From assembly GCF_009914755.1 (NCBI RefSeq), contig NC_060926.1: a stretch of DNA of 64,000 nt; one strand, written 5' to 3'. The position numbers and the translations under genes were made by a program. Under the pieces are notes generated by a model, which saw only the letters and a program-made list of their open reading frames with translations, ran no database searches and was not told the DNA's origin. Of this stretch, positions 55,532 to 64,000 are shown one piece after another (position 1 is the first letter of the stretch; the number at the start of each line of letters is the position of its first letter). This DNA is from the human T2T-CHM13v2.0 reference genome, Homo sapiens.

Positions 55532-57852
55532 CTTTTTTAAAAAAATTTCAATAGGTTTTTGGGGAACTGGTGGTGTTTGGTTACATGGATGAGTTCTTTA
55601 GTGGTGATTTCTGAGATTCTGGTGCACCCTGACCCAAGCAGTGTACACTGTACCCAATGTGTAGTCTCTTATCTCTCACCCCCTCCCACCATTTCCCCTG
55701 AGTCCTCAAAGTCCATTGTATCATTCTTATGCCTTTGCATCCTCATAGCTTAGCTCCCATTTGTGAGTGAGAACTTACGATGTTTGGTTTTCCATTCCTG
55801 AGTTACTTCACTTAGAATAATGGTCTCCAATTCCATCAAAATTGCTGAGAAAGCCATTATTTCATTCCTTTTTAAGACAAAGCAGTATTCATATATATTT
55901 GTATATGTATAATTATATATGTATATACACATAGAATAATATATATATTAATCAACAAGTGATTAATGGGCGTTTGGGCTGGTGCCATATTTTTGCAATT
56001 GTGAATTGTGCTGCTATAAACATGCGTGTGCAATTATCTTTTTCGTATAATGACTTCCTTTCCTCTGGGTAGATACTCAGTAGTGGAATTGCTGGATCAA
56101 ATGGTAATATCTACTTTTCGTTCTTAAGAACTCTCCACATTGTTTTCAGTAATGGTTGTACTAGTTTATATTCCCACCAACAGTGTAAAAGTGTTCCCTT
56201 TTTACCACATCCATGCCAATATCTATTATTTTTTGATTGTATCAATTGTTGCAGGAGTAAGGTGATATCTCATTGTGGTTTTGATTTGCATTTCCCTGAT
56301 AATTAGTGATGTTGAGCATTTTTTCATATGTTTGTTGCCCATTTATATATCTTCTTTTGAGAATTGTCTATTCACGTCCTTAGCCCACTTTTTGATGAGA
56401 TTGTTTGTTTTTTTCTGGCTGATTTGTTTGAGTTCATTGTAGACTCTGGATATTAGTCTTTTGTCAGATGTATAGATTGTGAATATTTTATCCCACTCTG
56501 TGGGTTGTCTGTTTACTCTGCCAAGTATTTATTTTGCTGGTCAGAAGCTTTTTAGTTTAATAAGTCTCATGTATTTATTGTTGTTTTTGTTGCACTTGCT
56601 TTTGGGTTTTGAAGTCTTTGCCCAAGCCAATGTCTAGAAGGGTTTTTCTGATGTTCTAGAAGTTTTATGGCTTCAGGTCTTAATTTAAGTTCTTGATCCC
56701 TCTTGAATTGAGTTTTGTATAAGGTGAAATATGAGGATCCAGTTTCATTCTCCTACATGTGGTTTGCCAATTATCCCAGCACCATTTATTGAATAGGGAG
56801 TCTTTTCCCTACTTTATTTTTTTGTTTGCTTTGTCAAAGCTGTAAACATTGGACTTTATTTCTGAATCCTGTATTCTGTCCCATTGGTCTATATGCTGAC
56901 TTTTATGCCAGTACCTGCTGTTTTGGTGACTATAGCCCTATAGTTTGAATTCAGGTAATGTGATGCCTCCAAATTTGTTCTTTCTGTTTAGTCTTGCTCT
57001 GACTATGCGGGCTCTTTTTATTTTCATATGAATTTTAAGATTATTTTTTCTAGTTCTATGAAAAATAATGGTGGTATTTTTATGGGAATTTGTTGTGTTT
57101 CCATTTGTTTGTGTTGTCTATGATTTCTTTCAGCAGTGTTTGTAGTTTTCCTTGTAGAAGTCTTTAATCTCCTTCGTTAAGTATATTCCTAAGTATTCTA
57201 TTTTTTTTTTTTTGCAGCTATTGTAAAAGGGGTTGAGTTCTTGATTTGATTCTCAGCTTGGCCACTGTTGGTAGTATAGCAGAGCTACTGAGTTGGGTAC
57301 ATTAACTTTGTATCAAAACTTTGCTGAATTCGTTTACCAGTTGCAGGAGCTTTTTGAATAAGTGTTTAGTGTTTCCCAGGTATACAATTATGTCCTCAGC
57401 AAACAGTGACAGTTTGACCTCCTCTTTACCAATTTAGATGTCCTTTATTCCTTTCTCTTGTCTGATTCATCTGGCTAAAACTTCCAATACTATGTTGAAT
57501 AGAAGTGGTGAAAGTGGGCAAAATCCTGCACTAACCAAATCCCACAGCATATCAAAAAGATAATCCACTATGATCAAGTGGGTTTTGTACCAGGGATGCA
57601 GGGATGGTTAAACATCCACAAGTCAATAAATGTGATACACTGCATAAACAGAATTTTAAAAAATCACATGATCATCTAAATAGATCCAGAAGAAACATTT
57701 GACAAAATCCAACATCACTTTATGATTATAACCCTCAACAAAATCAGCATAGAAGGGACATACCTTAAGGTAATAAAAAGCCATCTATGACAGACCCACA
57801 GACGACATCATAGTGAATGGAGAAAAGTTGAAAGCATTCCCCCTGAGAACTG
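55532..57852 (-). mobile_element. L1PB-type element with inverted 5' segment (57521-57852)
   Basis: L1PB 3'UTR GGTGGTGTTTGGTTACATGGATGAGTTCTTTAGTGGTGATTT; orientation flips after AAAGTGGGCA. Confidence 0.88.
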
Positions 57853-58784
57853 TTGTACAGATGATTTCATCACCTAGGTATTAAACCTAGTATCCATTCG
57901 TTATTTTTCCTGACCCTCTCCTCCTCCCACCTTGTCACACACCCTCTGATAGGCCCCAGTGTGTGTTGGTTTCCTTTATATGTTCATGTGTTCTCATCAT
58001 TTAGCTCCTACTTATGCCTGCAAACATGTCATATTTGGTTTTCTGTTCCTGTGTTACTTTGCTGAGGATAATGGCCTCGTGCTCCAACCATGTCCTTGAA
58101 GAGGACATGATCTCATTCTTTTTTTTGTGGCTGCATAATATTCCGTGTTGTATATGTACCACATTTTATTTATCCACTCTATCACTGATGGGCATTTAGG
58201 TTGATTCCATGTCTTTGCCATTGTGAGTAGTGCAGTAATGAACATATGCATGCATGTGTCTTTATAATAGCGTGATTTATATTCCTTTGGGTATATACCT
58301 GGTAAAGGGATTGCTGGATCAAATGGCATTTCAGTCTTTAGTTGTTTGAGGAATCACCACAATGTCTTCCACAATGATTGAACTAAGTTATGCTCCCACC
58401 AACAGTGTATAAGTAAGTGTTCCTTTTTCTCCACAATCTCTGCAGTATCTGTTATTTTTTTACCTTTTAATAATAGCTATTCTGACTGGTGTGAGATGGT
58501 ATCTCTTTGTGGTTTTGATTTGCATTTCTCTAATGATAAGTGATGTAGAGTTTTTTTATATGCTTTGTTGGCCACAACATATATATTGTTGGCCACATGC
58601 ATTTCTTCTTTTCAGAAGTGTCTGTTCATGTCCATTGGCCACTTTTTAATGGGGTTGTTTGTTTGTTTTTTTTTCTTGTAAATTTGTTTAAGTTCCTTAT
58701 AGATGCTGGATATTAGACCTTTGTCAGATGCATAGTTGGCAAGTATTTTCTCCTATTCTCTAGGTTATGTGTTTACTCTGTTGA

Positions 58785-58786
<2 letters not shown>

Positions 58787-58830
<44 letters not shown>
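58787..58830. repeat. (TA)22 microsatellite
   Basis: Perfect repeat inside L1. Confidence 0.97.
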
Positions 58831-58833
<3 letters not shown>

Positions 58834-59109
58834 CTGTGCAGAAGCTCTTTAGTTTAATTAGATCATAATCTTTTATCATATCCCTTAACTCAAAAAAATA
58901 TTGAACATTAAAATATTGGTAGCTTTTTTCCCACTATCAACCTCCATAGTAAAACTATAGTTAGGCTTTCCTTCAAATGAAAATCCATTCATTTTTTATA
59001 CTGTTTGCCTGAAACAACACAGTATTCTTTCTTAATAGTATTTTCATGTTGAGCTAAACAAACAACATTTAAATAAGGAAAAAATATTATTATTTCTTTT
59101 TTATTATAC

Positions 59110-59300
59110 TTTTTTTCCTTCTTCTTTCTTTCTTTCTTCTTTTTTTTCTCTTAATATATGGGGTCTAACTCTATCACCCAGGCTGGAATATAGTGGTGCA
59201 ATCATAGCTCATTGCAGTCTTGAAATCCTGAGCTCAAGTGATCCTCCCTGCTCAGCCTCTGAGTAGCTGGGACCATAGGTATGTGCCACCATGCCTGGCT
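59110..59300 (-). mobile_element. Alu monomer (FRAM/AluJ right arm)
   Basis: CCCAGGCTGGAATATAGTGGTGCAATCATAGCTCA...GAGCTCAAGTGATCCTCC; single arm. Confidence 0.85.
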
Positions 59301-61418
59301 CTTTATTACATTTCTGTTATAATATTTTCTCTATTATATTTCATTTTAGTTACTAAAGAATATGATTTTGAACTTTTTTGGAAAGATCATCATTTTACTC
59401 TTTGTTGTAGAAGAAAATCTATGATGGTCTAATGAACTATGGAAATATTAACATAATTTTAAGAATAATACATATATTTGTATTACCAAAGGCTATGCTT
59501 ATTAGTCATTCAAACTTCAACTAATTTTTTCTTTCATGAAATACTCAGAAGTATCTATTCACCACCACCAACACTCCCTCCATCATTTAATTTCAAGAAG
59601 ACTTGGGTTTATTCCTGGAAATGATTTTTTACTAGTGTTCTTAATTTTAGTCTTCTTCTTTCTCCAATATCTTAAGGCAGAATAATTTTTCTTAAATGCA
59701 ACTTTCATTCTTTCTCCATAAATTTGAGGTATCTTCACATGAAATTGAGCTTCAAAGAAGATGAAGATGAGTAAGGGCCGGGAAAGCCAGGGAAGGTTTC
59801 TGTTTCCTGTGTATCAAGTTTCCCAAACAAGAATCTTGGAGTCCTCTTCAGCTTCTGCAACTCCTTCTCGATCAACATGCAGTCAAACTTCAAATTGTAT
59901 TGACGGAAACTCAGAACTGCTTAGATCATTTTCTTACTCTCATTATTTCTGCGTGGATTTAGACATTCATTGTCTTTTGCCTGGGCTCTTGCAATAGGCT
60001 TTTATCTTATATCCTACCGTAAAAGGTTTCAGATGCTACACATCCTCCATACTACCAAAGTAATAGGTAAAAAATAAATCTGATTGTGTCTGTACAAAAA
60101 AACCTGTTAGAACTAATAAATAAATTCAGTAAAATTGCAGGATACAAAGTCAACATACAAAAATCAGTAGTGTTTCTAAACACTAAGAATCAACTATTTG
60201 CAAGAGAAGTCAAGACAACAATATCATTTTAAAGCATCAAAAATATTGAGGAATAAACTTAATGAGGTGAAATATCTGTACACCAAAAACTATAAAACAT
60301 GGATTAAAGAAATTAAATAAGACACACATAAAAAGAAAGATATCCCGTGTTAACGAGTGGAAAGAATTAATGTTCTTAAAATACCCAGAGTACTTAAAGT
60401 GATCTATGGATTCAATGAAATCCGTATAAAAATTCCAATGACATAATAGATATTTTTTAAATCTTAAAATTCATATGGAATCACAAGTTACCCCAAACAG
60501 TCAAAGCAATCTTAAGTAAAAATAATGAAACTTGGTTGCATCACACTGCCTGATCTCAAAATACATTACAAAGTTGTAGTGATCAAAACAGCTTGGTACT
60601 GGCATAAAAATCAGCACACAAATGGAACAGAACCAAAAGCCCAGAAATAAATCCATGCACTTATGGTCAATAAATCTTTGACAAAAGTACCAAGAACACA
60701 AAATGGGAAACGAACAGTCTCTTCAGTAAATGATGTTGGAAAAACTTGGTATCCACATGCAGAAGAATGAAATTGGACCCTTATCTCACACTATATACAA
60801 AAATCAACTCAAAATGGATTAACAACTTACAGAACACCTAAAACTGTAAAAGTACTAGAAGAAAATATAGGAGAAAACTCTATGACATTGATCTGGGCAA
60901 TGATTTTTTGAATCTGACCCCAAAATCACAGACCAAAACAAAAGAAATAATCAACAGAATGAAAAGACAACCTACAGAATGGAAGAAAATATTTGCAAAC
61001 CATATGTTCAATAAGGGGTTAATATCTAAAATATGTAAGAAACTCCAACAACTCAATAGCAAATAATAATAATAATAATAACCTGATTACAAAATGGGCA
61101 AAGGACCTAAATGGACATTTCTCAAAAGAAGGCATACAAATGGCCAACAAGTGTATGATAAAATTCCCAATATCACTAATCATCAGGAAAACACAAATTA
61201 AAACTACAGTGAAATAGCACCTCACATTCATTAAAAATGGCTACTATCAAAAGAACAAAAGATAAGCGTTGGTAAGGATGTGGAGAAAACAAAAGTGTTG
61301 TACACTGTTGGTGGGATTGTAAATTAGCCATCATAGAAAACAATATGTAAATTCCTCAAAAAAGTAAATACAGAACTATTGTATGATCCAGTAATTCTAC
61401 TTCTGGGTATATACCTAG

Positions 61419-61950
61419 ACATTCAAAGAAGAATTGGTACCAACCCTACTGCAACTATTTCACAAGATAGAGAAAGAAGGAATCCACCCTAAATCATTCT
61501 ATTAAGTCAGTATCACCCAAATACCAAAATCAGGAAAGGACACAAGAAAAAAGAAAACTGCAGACTAATGTTCCTGATGAACATAGATGCAAAAATTCTC
61601 AACAAAATTCTAGCTAAGCAAATCCAAGGGCATATAAAAAAGATAATACATCATGATCAAGTGGGTTTCATACCCGGGATGCAGGGATGGTTTAACATAT
61701 GTAACTCAATAAATGGGATACATCACATAAACAATTAAAAATAAAAATCATATGATCGTCTTAATAGACACAGAAAAAGTGTTTGATAAAATACAGTATC
61801 CCTTTATGGTAAAAAATCCTCAACAAAATTGGCATAGGAGAAACATACCTCAAAGTAATAAAAGCCATCTGTGACAAACCCAGAATCAATATCATACTGA
61901 ATGGGGAAAAGTTGAAAGCATTCCCCCTGAGAACTGGAACAAGACAAGGT
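61419..61950 (+). mobile_element. Internal L1PB-like ORF2 (RT region) fragment inserted in L1MA
   Basis: ACATTCAAAGAAGAATTGGTACCA...GCATTCCCCCTGAGAACTGGAACAAGACAAGG, out of order relative to the host element. Confidence 0.8.
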
Positions 61951-62063
61951 GACAAAATTAGTGTGATAAAGAGATATTTACACTGTCGTGTTTATTGCAG
62001 CATTATTTCCAATAGACAGGATATGGAATCAACCTAAGTCTTATCTGTAGATGAGGAACGGAT

Positions 62064-62104
62064 AAAGAATTGCACACACACACACACGCACACACACACA
62101 CACA
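62064..62104. repeat. (CA)n microsatellite
   Basis: Directly visible. Confidence 0.95.
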
Positions 62105-62694
62105 ATGAAATACTCTTCAGCCTTAACAAAGAAGGAAATTCTGTCACTTGTGACAACATGAATGAACCTGGAGGACATTAGGTTGAGTAAAATAAGCCAA
62201 GCACAGAATGACAAATATTGCATGATGTAACTTAGGTATGGAATCTAAAAATGTCAAACTCACAGAAACAGAAAGTAGAATGGTGGTTACCAGGGGCTAC
62301 TGGGTGGGGCTGTAGGGGTGGAGGAATGGAAAATGTTGGTCAAAGGGTACAAAAGTTCAGTTAAACAGGAGGAATAAGTTCTGGATATCTATTGTACTAT
62401 GTAATGACTGTAGTTAATAATACTGTGTTGCATATTCAAAAATTGCTATGTGTCGATTTTAAATGTTCTCACCACCAAAATATAAATATCTGAGGTGAAG
62501 GAGATATTAATTAGTTTGATTTAATCATTTCACAATGCAAATATTAAGTTGCACACTGTAAATATATACAATTTTTAATTGTCAATTAAATATAATTGAA
62601 AAATAGAACATAATAAAATATTGGATTATTAACTCTATCAGGAAATGAAGCTTTGAGTAACATTTTACTGTTTATATTTATGGTTTTAGCCACC

Positions 62695-62947
62695 AAGCAA
62701 ACATGGTGGTCAAGAACTTGGACTCACATTCAGGTTGCCATAGTCCAAATTCAGGCTTCCCTACTCACTAATGTGTTCTTAAGCAAGAAATAAACTTATT
62801 TTGGCTTCCTTTGGTAAAATGGGATTAATAATTGTTCCTATCCTACATTTTATTGTGAAGATTGAATTAATGAAATATACACGTAAAACACTTAAGACAA
62901 TTCCTGGCCTTAGTAAGATTTCAACAAAAATGGTCATTATTATGATG
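62695..62947 (+). mobile_element. MIR
   Basis: GTGGTCAAGAAC...GTAAAATGGGATTAATA...TTGTGAAGATTGAAT...GTAAAACACTTA. Confidence 0.75.
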
Positions 62948-64000
62948 CTTTATTCTGTTACATTTATGGATTATTAGACAGATAAAATTGGACCTCATAT
63001 GTGACCATTCTATTTTCCTTTATTCAAATGGAAAAAGAATGTCAATTCAACATAGGGAAATACTATATATGTATAAATTATTACTTAAATTTATGTTTTT
63101 ACTTAAATATATGTTTATTAAAATCAAGTGTTTAAATTTATATATTAACTTTTACATTTATAACATCTTATTTCTTCTGAAAACAACCAACACAACCCAT
63201 TTCTTATCAGTGATAATTCAAATGGCCTCTTTATTCTTTCCTGAATTTTTCAATCCCAATTCTTCTCTTCTGTTCTTTTTCAGCAGCATCTTGCACAGGG
63301 CTTTATGGAAAAGACTGAGGTGCTGTGGTGAATTTAATCTCCTCTGTTGTTTACTTTAATCTCTTCATCCAGTTACTCTGACTTTTCTCCATGCTTAATG
63401 TTATCCCTCTTGATTTCACAGCTTAACAATTTCTTCTTTGTTCTTGACCCCATCCTAGCCTTCTTATTTCAAAAGTCCCCTCAAGCAAGTTTCTTTTCAC
63501 ATTCTTAATTTCTTATTCTTAATAACTCCTTTTTTATGCCTTCAAGCAAGTATGGCTCTCTCTCATACTGAAAAATGTGCTCTTCCGTTCTATTTTGCTA
63601 CTGTTTTTATTCACTTAACAGTAAATTTCAAACAAGTTTTGTGCACCTAATTCTTTCATTTCTTTACAACCCACCCATTGCTTATCCACTCTTACAGCTG
63701 TACTAGAATTGTAATTTAAATATGTATCATATCAGTTTTTTTGTAACATTGATAATTTATAATATTTAACATATTTTGTAATAGAGTTTTCTTCTTAATA
63801 TTTTACTTTCCTTTTAAAAAGCCTCAGCAAGTTGCCATTGACTTTCGGCATTGTATTTGATACCTCTGGACTCTGGCTACTATCGCCCTTTCTGTATAAA
63901 ATCTGTAACTTGACCAAGGCAAGAACCTCCACCCCAGGCCAACTAATTTTCTCATCTGCTATTGTCCCAACCTGCTTTGCTTTCTCCTATAGGTCAGAGT

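Larger units (their letters stand above)
55432..58865 (-). mobile_element. Old L1PA 3' end (55432-55531 and 57853-58865), split by an L1PB insertion
   Basis: GTGCAGGTTTGTTAC...ATTATTTC resumes as TGTACAGATGATTTCATCACCTAGGTATTAA; ORF 58054-58329(-) PFDPAIPLPGIYPKEYKS is L1 ORF2. Confidence 0.85.
60085..62600 (+). mobile_element. L1MA 3' portion (ORF2 end + 3'UTR)
   Basis: CTGTTAGAACTAATAAATAAATTCAGTAAA...CAGGATACAAA; 3'UTR GGGTACAAAAGTTCAGTTAAACAGGAGGAATAAGTTC. Confidence 0.9.

Noticed and set aside
62293-62318. Four G-runs (G-quadruplex motif)
   Set aside because: Ordinary G-rich tract of an L1 3'UTR; no locus-specific significance is evident.

Overview
AT-rich, CpG-poor primate (most likely human) genomic DNA with no supportable protein-coding exon; the supplied ORFs are repeat remnants (L1 ORF2, Alu, Tigger1 transposase) or chance ORFs. 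I recognise 32714-32940 from memory as the non-coding first exon of SCN2A (Nav1.2). It is followed by a GTAAG donor and preceded about 0.9 kb upstream by a near-consensus RE1/NRSE (REST) silencer at 31784-31804. The window therefore appears to be about 32 kb of SCN2A upstream region (towards SCN3A, by known gene order) plus about 31 kb of intron 1. The rest is mostly interspersed repeats: Alu, L1PA/PB/MA/MB/ME, L2, MIR, MaLR/ERVL LTRs, Tigger1, MER2 and MER58B. Subfamily calls were made by eye and boundaries are approximate. I find no clearly new biological system. The best leads concern SCN2A 5'-leader regulation: (1) the exon 1 donor is also a textbook 3' acceptor (AG|GT, recursive/dual-specificity geometry); (2) a candidate 116-nt 5'UTR cassette exon carries a perfect 11-bp hairpin; (3) exon 1 has several uORFs; (4) a perfect inverted repeat abuts the RE1; (5) an unexplained ~140-bp segment is duplicated 4.1 kb apart upstream of the promoter.
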